A DNA stretch of 55,695 bases from a virus. Its lineage: Duplodnaviria; Caudoviricetes. Positions 30,887-40,716 of this stretch are shown in pieces. The stretch lies in IMG/VR virus record IMGVR_UViG_3300044691_000698, positions 1-55,695 of that record; one strand, 5' to 3'. Positions within the stretch are counted from its first letter, which is position 1, and each line of letters opens with the position of its first letter. The notes under the pieces are model-generated. The model made no database searches and was not told the origin of the DNA. It saw nothing but the letters and a program-made list of their open reading frames with translations. The position numbers were made by a program, and so were the translations under genes.

Positions 30887-33375
30887 TGGCTGACCAGAAA
30901 CCCACATTCGATCCCAACCAGCCTTTTTCGGCCGGCCCGGAATCCGCAAAACCAGCATTTGATCCAAACCAACCCTTCCAAGCAACTGAGGAACAACAAA
31001 CGGAAACTCCGTCAGGATTAACGTCATTTGGTCGTGGATTGCGTCAAGGCGCTACGTTGGGATTTGACGACGAGCTAGGCGGCGGTGCCGGTGCAGCGCT
31101 TGAAAAACTAAAAGGTAGCGATAAAGATTTAGTCGAGCTTTATAGAGAAAAGCGCGATGCTATTCGGAGAGATAACGAAGAAGCTTCCAAAGAACATCCA
31201 TATATTACAGGCGCGGGTAAGATTTTAGGATCTATTCCCACATTTGCAGCTGGTGGTGAAATTCCCGCAGTTGCTAAACTAGGCCTTGCCGGCAGAGGCG
31301 CTCTAGAAGCTGGACTAATGACAGCTGGTGATTCGAATGCCGATCTGACTAAGGGTGAAGCCGGGCAATTTGCAGGCGATGTAGCAAAAGGCGCTGCGAC
31401 TGGCGCTGTTTTGAATCCCGCGATTCATGGCGTTTTGAGCAAAATCGCCCCAGTAGCAAAAGGTTTAGTTTCAAAATATTTAGGCCCGTCCAAATCCGAC
31501 ATTGATGCGTATCTAGCTAATCCGGAAGCCATTAACGGCGCCCGCAGCCGTAACGAGATTCACCAAGATGTGCTAGATCTCGTTAACGAGAAACGTGATG
31601 CAGTAAAAGCGGCGCAAGAAAATCTCGCCAAGTCACAGGCTGCGGTTGACCAATTAACTTATGGTAAAAAAGCTGACTTGCGCGATGAAGTTTCGGATCA
31701 ATCCAATGCTCTTGGGGGATTAAAAAATGACGCCAGCGCAGCCTCGCAAGCAGCATCGTTAGACCATCAACAAAATTTAGTCGCAGCTCGAGATGCAGCT
31801 CGCGTAGCACACGAACAAGCGCTTGCTGAACATCAAGCTCATTTGAGCGCAATCGCTAGTGCTCCCCATCCATCAGAAATGGCGGATGATGTGCTGGATT
31901 CCATGCAGCAAGTAAAACAATTAGCGCAGGAAAAATCAGGCGACATTGCCACTAAATTAGCGGGCAGCTCTGAGACGGTTGATCCTAAAATTCTGCTTAC
32001 TAAACTGGACGACATTACTAAGGGTCTCCGCAGCACTGAAGATGTTACTGATGCCTCTGGAAACGTAGTTCCAGGTGCAGTTATTGGCAGCGAACGCAAA
32101 GCAGCTGTTCACTCTCTTGATGGAATAAAAGCTGATTTTGATAAAGTCGCCGAACAATATCCTGAAGGTATCCCAGTCGATAAAGCTCGCCAAATGCTTC
32201 AAGGCATTAATGCCGACTACACCGAATTATCCAAAATTTCCTCTAACTCCCCCGCAGCCCTTGCGCATAATCAATTTCGCGCACACTTACGTAATTTAGT
32301 GGGTCCTGCTGGGAGTGAGTACGATGCAGCGATGAAGAATGACGTCGAGCCTCTCTATAAGCTGTTGGCTCAAGCGCATCAGCATTTTGGTGGGGCTTCC
32401 AGAGACCAAATCGCATCAAAATTAGGCCGTTTGGCTAATCCGACCGCGGAGCAGGGCAGAGACGTTTTATCAACATTAGGTGCAGTTACTGGACGTGATT
32501 TTGAGTCTCCATTGCAGCAACACATGTTGGCTCAAGCTGCTCTGAAAGATAAAGCCGGTTTGGCGGGTTCCTTAACGAGCTCACAGGAACGTGCAGGCCT
32601 TCCACAGATTCAATCAGAAATCGACAATTTATCGGCACCTGGTGCGCGTCAAGCCGTATCAGATCAAGCAGCAGCTCCTATTCGCAATGATATAGCTGAA
32701 GGACAAAACGAACTCGATTATTTACGGCATCCGGACGTTCAAGCTTCTCGCTTAGAAGACGCTGTAAATAGCTCGCCCGAAATGCAAAATCTCCAAGAAG
32801 CGGGCGGGGAATTCGGCGCTGCCGAGGATGCAGCGGAACCTTTCAAAGGCGTGAATGAGAATACGCTTCAAGGTAAACTCGCATCAGCCCAGCGCGGTAA
32901 CAGCATTGCTAATACTGGCTTAGTGAAAGACTTATCCGACGCTAGCGGACACGATTTCCAAAAAGAATTAAATCTATTAAAAACTAAAGAAGCGTTACAA
33001 GGTGGAAACACCAACGGTTCACGAAAAGTTAATTTATGGAGCATTACTGGCGGAGCTTTGGGCGCTACGGTTGGACATCCCGGTCCGGGCGCGGTAATCG
33101 GAGCTGCGGTCGGCGCTGGGGCGGATACTACTGGCAGCAATACAGCTAAGAAAGTACTCGATACGTATATAGGCGCCGGAAATATGGCTGATGCCGGGAT
33201 ACAGCGGATTTCTAATCTTTTAGGAACTAATCCACAAGCCTTTAAACAATTCGCAGCTCCCCTAATGAACGCAGCTAAACGTGGCCCACAGGCTATGGCT
33301 GTTGCTAATTTTGTGTTGGCTCAGCAACATCCTGAATATAAACAGCTAATTGATAGCGTAATGAATCAAAAATAG
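30886..33375 (+). CDS. Large ejection protein
   Basis: FDPNQPF x2, RQGATLGFDDE motif, Gly-Ala membrane-like segments. Confidence 0.7.
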   Translation: MADQKPTFDPNQPFSAGPESAKPAFDPNQPFQATEEQQTETPSGLTSFGRGLRQGATLGFDDELGGGAGAALEKLKGSDKDLVELYREKRDAIRRDNEEASKEHPYITGAGKILGSIPTFAAGGEIPAVAKLGLAGRGALEAGLMTAGDSNADLTKGEAGQFAGDVAKGAATGAVLNPAIHGVLSKIAPVAKGLVSKYLGPSKSDIDAYLANPEAINGARSRNEIHQDVLDLVNEKRDAVKAAQENLAKSQAAVDQLTYGKKADLRDEVSDQSNALGGLKNDASAASQAASLDHQQNLVAARDAARVAHEQALAEHQAHLSAIASAPHPSEMADDVLDSMQQVKQLAQEKSGDIATKLAGSSETVDPKILLTKLDDITKGLRSTEDVTDASGNVVPGAVIGSERKAAVHSLDGIKADFDKVAEQYPEGIPVDKARQMLQGINADYTELSKISSNSPAALAHNQFRAHLRNLVGPAGSEYDAAMKNDVEPLYKLLAQAHQHFGGASRDQIASKLGRLANPTAEQGRDVLSTLGAVTGRDFESPLQQHMLAQAALKDKAGLAGSLTSSQERAGLPQIQSEIDNLSAPGARQAVSDQAAAPIRNDIAEGQNELDYLRHPDVQASRLEDAVNSSPEMQNLQEAGGEFGAAEDAAEPFKGVNENTLQGKLASAQRGNSIANTGLVKDLSDASGHDFQKELNLLKTKEALQGGNTNGSRKVNLWSITGGALGATVGHPGPGAVIGAAVGAGADTTGSNTAKKVLDTYIGAGNMADAGIQRISNLLGTNPQAFKQFAAPLMNAAKRGPQAMAVANFVLAQQHPEYKQLIDSVMNQK

Positions 33376-33425
33376 AATAATTATTATACTTGCAATAATT
33401 GGTGCATTTAGAATATAATTAAACT

Positions 33426-33707
33426 ATGAATGAACTCCTCAAATATCCATTAGTAGTAATCGCATTCGATGACCACTGCATAATCTCAGGATATTCTAGG
33501 AATAAAATGACTCCTGAACCTTGTGTAGCTGTTGGGTTTTTGATTGAAGAAACTACCGCGCATTACGTAATCTGCAATTGGGTTTCTCGCAAGGCGCTTA
33601 GTTCTGATTCCGAGTATGCTGTTATAAGAAAACACAAAGGCGTAAAGATTTTTCGGAGTCCAAAAACAGGACTCAATTCATTGAAAACTAAATTAGGATT
33701 AAAATGA
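33426..33707 (+). CDS. Hypothetical phage protein
   Basis: Own promoter TTGCAA-N18-TATAAT at 33390-33419 with operator copies. Confidence 0.65.
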   Translation: MNELLKYPLVVIAFDDHCIISGYSRNKMTPEPCVAVGFLIEETTAHYVICNWVSRKALSSDSEYAVIRKHKGVKIFRSPKTGLNSLKTKLGLK

Positions 33708-34103
33708 TCGACTGGAACGCACTGCTGGCAAATCACCCCGATATAGCTAAATATTTACTTCTATTATTTGCTATTTCTGAGGGTCTTTCATTGGTTCCTG
33801 AAACTATCACAAAAGCAACAGGCGTTATTCAGTTGCTGTATATCACAGTACTCAAAATAACTGCCAAATTCAAGAAACCCCCACCCAATGATACTGGAAC
33901 AATATAATAAACTGGACAATCGGCTGGTCGTTATCGAAACACTAGTCGCTGAACGCAATCAAGTCTCTCTAGAACAGCAAACTCAAATTCTTTTCGAATT
34001 ACGAGAAATAAAAAAAGAACTTGGAATTTTAAAAGTAAGAACTGCAGGTGTATCAGCTCTTGTTGCAGTGGCTGTTGGTTTTATTACGCATAAGCTTTTT
34101 TAA
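33704..34103 (+). other. Two small membrane proteins, holin-like (33704-33907; 33888-34103 XhlA-like)
   Basis: TM segments; coiled coil plus C-terminal TM. Confidence 0.55.
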
Positions 34104-34136
34104 ATCCTGCCTCAACCCAAACCCCACCGGAGACCA

Positions 34137-34748
34137 ATGCGAAAATTCCCTGCTTTTACGACGATATTTTGTCTAAATTTGCTCGTGTTGATTGCTGATT
34201 CGATCTTCGGCATCGGAATGAATCTCGCAGTTACGCCTGTCGATTTTATGGGAATCCCTACATTGCATGGGCTTGTGACGCTTATCACGCATATGTTCAC
34301 TCATGCGAATTTTGATCATTTTTTTGGGAATTTTCTATATGTGACGCCAGCTGCGCTTTATTTAGAGCATAAACTTGGCTCTCTCAAATTTACCTTGATT
34401 TGGCTGTTATCCGGACTAGGCGCAGTACTTTTATTTATGCTGGTACCGCATGTGAATCCATGGGGATCTCTAATAGGCGCGTCCGGTGCTGCTTCCGGAG
34501 TCTTTGCAATGGCCTGTCTCGAAATTAACGAGTCGCGCTTTGTAAAAGCCTTGGCGCTTTGTACGCTCGGAGTGATTTTCATTCAACAGCTGATTCCGGC
34601 TATTTATTCTAGCTTTTTGCCTCTACAAATAGCTTATTGGGCGCATGTAGGCGGAATCCTTACCGCGCTTGTTATCAAAGCTGTTTGTCCGGCGCCTCTA
34701 TTGAAGGAGTTAGATGATTCTACCGATTCTGCTATTAATGGCGCTTAA
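34137..34748 (+). CDS. Rhomboid intramembrane serine protease
   Basis: HxxxxHxxxN (HANFDHFFGN), GASG, AHVGG; about six TMs. Confidence 0.92.
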   Translation: MRKFPAFTTIFCLNLLVLIADSIFGIGMNLAVTPVDFMGIPTLHGLVTLITHMFTHANFDHFFGNFLYVTPAALYLEHKLGSLKFTLIWLLSGLGAVLLFMLVPHVNPWGSLIGASGAASGVFAMACLEINESRFVKALALCTLGVIFIQQLIPAIYSSFLPLQIAYWAHVGGILTALVIKAVCPAPLLKELDDSTDSAINGA

Positions 34749-35266
34749 TCTTTCTTCGCTTCTGATTCTTCTACTAGCGTGGAAACAGCGACATCCATCC
34801 CGACAGCTTGCTCGGATTGAGATGCGACGATCGCTGAAACTTGTTCAAGGTTCGAAGGCCCGTTTAGATCTTCAAGACTAGCTAATTTCACAACGTCAGC
34901 TTCCGAAATTTCAATAAGCCCGATATCTGCTAAAGCGACGATTGCCTTTTGGACTATTCCAACTGTCAGTCTTCGCTTTTTTGCTATTTCCCTCAATGTA
35001 GCTGCGGGGTTGTAACATAGATAACCATAAACAGCGATTTCGACCGGCGTGAACCCGCCACAAAATACAAAACCCAGCATTCGGACGCTGTTGTCGGTCA
35101 ATTCGGATCGCAGTCCTTCTCCGTTGAGACGTGCCAAAACCAGTAGGCCAAATTCCATCGCTTTTAGGCTACGTTCGAAAATAGCGTTTGGAAGCTCGAT
35201 ATATCCATTATTTAAATCGAAAATAGTTAGTTGTTTCTTTTCAACAACAGCAGTTTGTTCGCTCAT
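34745..35266 (-). CDS. Winged-HTH DNA-binding protein
   Basis: TLREIAKKRRLTVGIVQKAIVALADIGLI. Confidence 0.7.
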   Translation of the reverse strand: MSEQTAVVEKKQLTIFDLNNGYIELPNAIFERSLKAMEFGLLVLARLNGEGLRSELTDNSVRMLGFVFCGGFTPVEIAVYGYLCYNPAATLREIAKKRRLTVGIVQKAIVALADIGLIEISEADVVKLASLEDLNGPSNLEQVSAIVASQSEQAVGMDVAVSTLVEESEAKKD

Positions 35267-36024
35267 TATTTTTTACCTTTCATTGAATACAATTTACCTT
35301 CCAAAACGCACGAATAATTGACGATAGGAATTGGCTGTAAGTAAACGACTCCCGATTTAGGTTCCAGATAGCCTACACCGAAGCCCAAGGCCCAGTTCTT
35401 GCGAGCATTAACAGCATGCATATAGTCAGCAGCTTCTAGATCTCCAAGCCAGCCAAATTGCGCTGATACTTTATGCTCACCCATTGCGTTGCCTTCAACG
35501 ATATAGGCCATTCGGTGCGTATGCCCGGTTACGATGGAATGCTGATAGGTATCCAGACATTTGAACACTGAGGTGCGTCCGGCAGTTCCTACATCATGAA
35601 TAAAGTTAACTTTACCGACGCGAATATCATGCTTGTACGGAATGTATTCCCAGCCTCTGTTTTTCAAATCTAAAATCTTATCAGTACTCACAAAATTAAA
35701 TAGCTCTGGCGCAGCTGCCTCTAGATAACGATCCAATCGATAACAGTGATTTCCCGCGATGAAGATTTTGCGTTTAGCTCCTAAAGCCTCTAGCTGCGTG
35801 AGTCCGGCCTTTGCAGAAGTTACTTCTTCATCAAGCTTTAAGGCTCTATTTGGATTTTTAGAATGTGACGAAACGCTGTAGAAATCCACAAAATCACCCA
35901 GCGTGATAATAGTATCTGGCTTGAACGCCACAGCTGTTTTTAGCATCAGGTTCCAGGCCCTTTTATCGTGATACGGAAAATGAACATCGGGAATGATTAG
36001 AAGTTTTTGTAGTTTATTTTGCAT
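35266..36024 (-). CDS. Calcineurin-like metallophosphoesterase
   Basis: DVH, GDFVD, GNH, H, GHTH. Confidence 0.92.
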   Translation of the reverse strand: MQNKLQKLLIIPDVHFPYHDKRAWNLMLKTAVAFKPDTIITLGDFVDFYSVSSHSKNPNRALKLDEEVTSAKAGLTQLEALGAKRKIFIAGNHCYRLDRYLEAAAPELFNFVSTDKILDLKNRGWEYIPYKHDIRVGKVNFIHDVGTAGRTSVFKCLDTYQHSIVTGHTHRMAYIVEGNAMGEHKVSAQFGWLGDLEAADYMHAVNARKNWALGFGVGYLEPKSGVVYLQPIPIVNYSCVLEGKLYSMKGKK

Positions 36025-36277
36025 TCGCAATCAGCCTTTCGATAACTTTACGTACTTCAGAGAAATTTTGTTTTTTCGGCGCGGGAAACAGCTGGTCGCG
36101 CAATCCGGTGTAATTCAAACCAAGTTTCTCGATAGAACTGCGCTCTAGACGCCCTGCCGAAACAGCTGCGAAGCGTCCACGCGTCACTTCATTAGGGCGA
36201 ACGTCATATTCCTTAGCTGCTTCGAGTATGATCTTTTTAGTTAAAGCGATTACTTCGGCCGGAGTTCGTGGTTTCAT
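36014..36277 (-). CDS. Hypothetical protein
   Basis: Coupled ORF. Confidence 0.6.
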   Translation of the reverse strand: MKPRTPAEVIALTKKIILEAAKEYDVRPNEVTRGRFAAVSAGRLERSSIEKLGLNYTGLRDQLFPAPKKQNFSEVRKVIERLIANAK

Positions 36278-36612
36278 TCCTTTTTCCCCTTTACGTTTTG
36301 TTTTCTTAACCGGTCTTCTGGGACGGATTTAAGTTTATGGCAGTCTAGACATAATATTTTGAGCCCTTCCGGTTCCACCCACAGCCGCTCAATAACAGCT
36401 TGATATGAATCAAACCCAGTAACAGGAATCATTGGATTAATGTGATCTACTTGAGTTCCTTTGCGTCCTACAATGAGCCCGCAGCCTTCGCACTTATCCA
36501 CGCCAGGCGCTATTTCGGCTCGTTTGCGAGCAGACTTTTTTTGCGGACTCCAGCCCCAAATTCTTCTAAGAGCTGCTAGGATGTAATTATGTGTCTTTTT
36601 ATCTAATTCCAT
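36274..36612 (-). CDS. HNH endonuclease
   Basis: CEGC, VDHINP, LCLDCH. Confidence 0.85.
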   Translation of the reverse strand: MELDKKTHNYILAALRRIWGWSPQKKSARKRAEIAPGVDKCEGCGLIVGRKGTQVDHINPMIPVTGFDSYQAVIERLWVEPEGLKILCLDCHKLKSVPEDRLRKQNVKGKKE

Positions 36613-36679
36613 TTCGTTGCCTTATCTTATTTACAATAAGTACTAGATTTACAATATTATTGTATATTCAATAAATAAT

Positions 36680-38719
36680 CTACAAAAAAAGGTCTTCTTC
36701 ACTAAAAGAAGTCAAAATCTTTTGATCAACTGTTATTGGTACCGACAGGCGATAAGATGATTCCATAATGTGTTTCATCTCCGCAGCTCTTTCATGAACG
36801 CGATCCTTCTTTTCAAGCGCAACAGCAGAATCATAGACAGTGCCGACTATCCGGAATCCAGCTTGTTTCAAATTAACTAGCGCGGCTTTTTCAATAGTTG
36901 CTTCTAGCCCTTGAATCGGCGCGCAAAACGCCTGGTTTTTGGCATGACTGTACCGGAGTTTGGCTCGGACAAAAATGTCTTCATCAGTAAGACGTTCTTC
37001 GGGATTCTTTTTAAGCGCTTCAACCATTGCTAGGGAACCGCTGAAGGTTTTGTTACGGAAATCAAGAAATTTGCCGTAGCTGATGTCGGGCAATCTCCTA
37101 ATACGTCCATTCGTCGCGACGATTTGTTTATTTTTAATAACTAACTCTAGCTGTTGGTCTAAATACTGTCGATAGCGCGCCCAATGCCTGAAAATTTCAT
37201 CTTTGAATACTTTGCATTCCTGGTAGGTATATTCGAGACCATTCTTTAACTTGAATTGCTGCAACAGCGTTCCGGGTTGGGCATCAAAGATCATCGCGAA
37301 ATTGGCCGTTTTGGCAGCCTGTCGTTGCTGTTTTTCGACCGCTGTCTCTGGGATTCGGAACATTTTCGCAGCTGTTTGTTTGTGCAGATCTGGGTCTGGT
37401 TTGTGGTACTCATTCAGTAAAACTGGATCTTGGCTCAAGTCAGCTGCGATTTTTAGCTGTATCTGTTTAAAGTCACAATAGATGAAAACTTCATCATCGT
37501 TTTCAGGAATGTAATATTTCTTAACGGCTGATTCGCGTGGAATGTTGTTCATATTCGGGTCAGTTACCGAAAAGCGCCCAAACTCCGTCATATGCTTGTA
37601 ATTCGGATATACCCACGGTAGTCCATTAGTTGTATTAGCCGTAACGTGGGAAAGGATGCCTTTTGTATCGGTTCCGACATAAGTATTGAGTGTTTTTACC
37701 GTCTTTTTGTACGCTCCAAACACTTCCAGAACTGGCCTGAGGCTATGGTCTTCATGCAACTTATCGCCCACTTCTGCTAACAGTTCCTCCTTGATAGAGG
37801 GTTTTCCGCCTTTGGTTTTCGGTATCAATCGTTCCGGAACGTTATAACAGCCATAAAAAAGCCGTGCTACTTGAGGCCCGGAAGCCCAATTGAAAGCTGT
37901 TCCATCTTTTTCAGATTGTTTTTGGATGGACATAATTTTTTTAGGACTCGAAAAACTCGCCACAGCTTCTAAATAAAGCTGGTCTTCGATTGCGCTTCTA
38001 TACTTAGCTGTTAGCTCATTCAGACTTGTCATATATGCGGCCTGACGCGTTTCAGTTTCGACCCTAAGTTTCTCAATCGCATCAGGATCAACACGGACGC
38101 CTCGTAGTTCAAGATCAAGCAAAACAGCTTCTGCCGGAACCATCTCGTTCAAATAGTAAGTTAGAGGTGTTTGTTTATAGCCTTTTTGATTCATTTCCAG
38201 ATGCAGCTTTTCTATTTGAGATTTGAATTTGTAAAAAAGGTCTCTGTCATTTCGCACGTCTTCAGCGTTGTATTCAGCGATCAGCGGGTAGTACGGACTT
38301 TCCTCTAGTGCGAGGTCAAAGGCGCACAGCTGTCCTACATGTTGAAATTTCATTGCGGCGAGGCATTCATCTAAATCATTTTTAGCTCGCGTAGAGTCCT
38401 CACCAAGCTCGATCCGTGACAACGGTTTTAATCCCAAGGGCCGGTTTTCATCCAACAGCAATGCCAACAGCATGGTGTCGTAGAATTGGCCTTGAAGTTC
38501 CAACCCGTTGGAAATGAGAAACTTCAAATCAAAACGAGTATTATGTCCGATTTTAATTAAAACCGGATTACTAAAAGCTTCGCGGAATTCAGCCGAAATA
38601 TTACCAGCTCGCTCTACTTTGATTTCACCACTGTCAATTGCCCACGCTACGCAATACAATTTATCTTTAAAAAATCGCAGCCCTGTCGACTCAATGTCTA
38701 AAAAGAGATATTTACCCAC
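36680..38719 (-). CDS. Family A DNA polymerase with 3'-5' exonuclease
   Basis: Exo DIES, HNTRFD, YNAED; pol GRFS..PN, DFKQIQL, RQAAKTANF, VYDS. Confidence 0.92.
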   Translation of the reverse strand: MGKYLFLDIESTGLRFFKDKLYCVAWAIDSGEIKVERAGNISAEFREAFSNPVLIKIGHNTRFDLKFLISNGLELQGQFYDTMLLALLLDENRPLGLKPLSRIELGEDSTRAKNDLDECLAAMKFQHVGQLCAFDLALEESPYYPLIAEYNAEDVRNDRDLFYKFKSQIEKLHLEMNQKGYKQTPLTYYLNEMVPAEAVLLDLELRGVRVDPDAIEKLRVETETRQAAYMTSLNELTAKYRSAIEDQLYLEAVASFSSPKKIMSIQKQSEKDGTAFNWASGPQVARLFYGCYNVPERLIPKTKGGKPSIKEELLAEVGDKLHEDHSLRPVLEVFGAYKKTVKTLNTYVGTDTKGILSHVTANTTNGLPWVYPNYKHMTEFGRFSVTDPNMNNIPRESAVKKYYIPENDDEVFIYCDFKQIQLKIAADLSQDPVLLNEYHKPDPDLHKQTAAKMFRIPETAVEKQQRQAAKTANFAMIFDAQPGTLLQQFKLKNGLEYTYQECKVFKDEIFRHWARYRQYLDQQLELVIKNKQIVATNGRIRRLPDISYGKFLDFRNKTFSGSLAMVEALKKNPEERLTDEDIFVRAKLRYSHAKNQAFCAPIQGLEATIEKAALVNLKQAGFRIVGTVYDSAVALEKKDRVHERAAEMKHIMESSYRLSVPITVDQKILTSFSEEDLFL

Positions 38720-38734
38720 GCCATCACCCCTGAT

Positions 38735-38899
38735 TTACTTTTCTTCAGTTGTATCGCTAACGCGCGCTTTATAGCCACACCAGCAACACTTTCCCGTCGC
38801 TACAGCGGGCGCCCAATTTTCACTCTCGCATTCCGGACAGCGTACTAAAAATAATGTTGGTTCCCCGTCTTGGTTCTTTCCTTTAAAAACGTACCCCAT
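38735..38899 (-). CDS. Small zinc-ribbon protein
   Basis: CPEC...CCWCG; coupled start MGYVFKG. Confidence 0.6.
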   Translation of the reverse strand: MGYVFKGKNQDGEPTLFLVRCPECESENWAPAVATGKCCWCGYKARVSDTTEEK

Positions 38900-39207
38900 T
38901 ACTTTGAACCCCTTCCTATTAGGATGCTTGCAGCGACTAGAAGCACTCCTATAACAACATTGCGCGTAGTTACTAAATTGCCAGAGGATACGTCTTGTTT
39001 GCACTGGTCCATCAAACTATTACGGTCTGCCAATAGCTGTTTGTTTTGCTCCTGGCAGGCTTCAAGCGCGTCTTCACCTTTGTGAACTACATCGATGCAA
39101 AGTCGCAGTCCCTCTGCAGCGCGTTTATCTTGATCGGTATCCGCGAAGCCAACAGCACTATTTAGAAGAAGGATCGTGCAAATCAGCATTCTTAGAAAGG
39201 TAGTCAT
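38899..39207 (-). CDS. Signal peptide + coiled coil + C-terminal TM protein (spanin-like?)
   Basis: GGAGG SD; overlaps upstream gene. Confidence 0.55.
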   Translation of the reverse strand: MTTFLRMLICTILLLNSAVGFADTDQDKRAAEGLRLCIDVVHKGEDALEACQEQNKQLLADRNSLMDQCKQDVSSGNLVTTRNVVIGVLLVAASILIGRGSK

Positions 39208-39442
39208 TGAGCCTCCGTAAGGACGCATCGTAAGCGTCGTTTGCTTGTTTTGATTTCATCTCAGTCTTTTGATCAGTTGCTTCGAAATGCGATTGCAGCA
39301 AATCAAGTTTAACGAGTCGTAGCTGTTTGCTTTTAAATTGAACAATAACAGCCAGAATCCCAACAGCTGTTGCTAGAGCTAACATTAGGTATTGAGAGAG
39401 CGTTAGCTTGATGTTTTGTAAAAATCCTAAAATCACATTCAT
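39158..39442 (-). CDS. N-anchored coiled-coil protein (i-spanin-like?)
   Basis: GGAGG SD; TM then helix. Confidence 0.55.
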   Translation of the reverse strand: MNVILGFLQNIKLTLSQYLMLALATAVGILAVIVQFKSKQLRLVKLDLLQSHFEATDQKTEMKSKQANDAYDASLRRLNDYLSKNADLHDPSSK

Positions 39443-39519
39443 CAGAGTCCTCCAAGGAACGGAACCCGCAGTCCTATCAAAAATGACAGAGACTACGAGC
39501 TCCGTGTGGGTTTGGGTTT

Positions 39520-39903
39520 TTACAAAGAAACGCCACCAGGAGTATTCAGAAACACTTTGTATTGATGCGCGTTTGTGCCAGTCCATTCGCCAGAGGTGAT
39601 TTCCTTTTTGCCTTCGTACAAGATGGTGATGTTCGAGCCAACGGTCGTTTTTTCGAGCTTTTTGTTAAGCATTCCGGATCCGTTGATTCCGACAACATTT
39701 CCATCCGCTAATTCAACTTTATGCACTAGCGATTTGATCTTGCTGCCAGCTTTGAAGGAGCCAAGGTAATTTCCAGTGATTTCTTCGCCAGCAGTGATTG
39801 GGTTTTCTTCCGAGTTTGGCCCGCGAAAATACGCTACAGATCCTTCGCCATTTCCGAGCGTTACTTCTTGACGTTCATTTACTGCTACTGCTTTTTTAGA
39901 CAT
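39520..39903 (-). CDS. Putative OB-fold ssDNA-binding protein
   Basis: G.Y.G, VG..I.I.YEG.K pattern; follows YqaJ. Confidence 0.6.
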   Translation of the reverse strand: MSKKAVAVNERQEVTLGNGEGSVAYFRGPNSEENPITAGEEITGNYLGSFKAGSKIKSLVHKVELADGNVVGINGSGMLNKKLEKTTVGSNITILYEGKKEITSGEWTGTNAHQYKVFLNTPGGVSL

Positions 39904-39945
39904 GCTTTTTCCTTTTTTAGTTTTATGTAGTTTTCGCAGCTAAGG

Positions 39946-40668
39946 TTAATCCTGACCGCGAGCTTCCATCGTTTCGAACATTAGTTTGGCCAGGCTGTGG
40001 GTCGTGCTGAGTGTCTCGAAATTTTTAGAGAGTGTTTTGAATACGCTGATTAGGTCAGATTGCGCGAATAGAGGCGGAGTTTTCGTCTCTACGTTTTTCC
40101 AAAATGCTTTGAGTTTATCAAGAAGGAGCGCGTTATACACAGCGTCCGGAGTGACTTCAACAACAGCTAATGGTAAGTCTTCGCTGTAGTACGAAACGTA
40201 ATAAGTCGATACCGCACCCGTTACGATAATTTGATGCGCTAATTGCGCTACATACTTAGAGGGCACAACGCCTTTAAGAGCTTTGGCATGATCCACTTTG
40301 CTAGGGCACTTTATTTCAAGATTCTTATTAACAACTTCATTGAAGCCATCAAGAGATGCTCGGACGAATTCAAAGTGATCATGCTCCGCAACGATTGGAG
40401 GAAACTTCAAGCCTATTTGCACTTCAAACTTCTCACGAACCATCGGCTCTAACTGAGTGCCACGATCCATCGCTCGCTGTTGATAGAAATTCGCTGGCGC
40501 GCGTTCAAGTAAACCAATTTTTTGAGACCACAGCTCAAACGGAGTACTCCAAGGACTATCTCCCATAATGACTGGCGCATCGGAAGCACCTAGACCTTTA
40601 CCGCGAAAAACTTTCCAAGCAGGCGTGTTTTGGTCGACTTGATGAATCTTCATTCTATTACTATACAC
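39946..40668 (-). CDS. YqaJ/lambda-exonuclease-like protein
   Basis: W...R..GLGASD, GTQLEP, ASLDG, EIKCP, Y..Q. Confidence 0.92.
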   Translation of the reverse strand: MYSNRMKIHQVDQNTPAWKVFRGKGLGASDAPVIMGDSPWSTPFELWSQKIGLLERAPANFYQQRAMDRGTQLEPMVREKFEVQIGLKFPPIVAEHDHFEFVRASLDGFNEVVNKNLEIKCPSKVDHAKALKGVVPSKYVAQLAHQIIVTGAVSTYYVSYYSEDLPLAVVEVTPDAVYNALLLDKLKAFWKNVETKTPPLFAQSDLISVFKTLSKNFETLSTTHSLAKLMFETMEARGQD

Positions 40669-40716
40669 TAGAATTATTGTAGTTGCAATAATTATTATAT
40701 ATGCAATAATATATTC

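Noticed and set aside
11386-33140. Many antisense and alternate-frame ORFs in the structural region
   Set aside because: Fully overlap well-supported genes, no SDs or motifs
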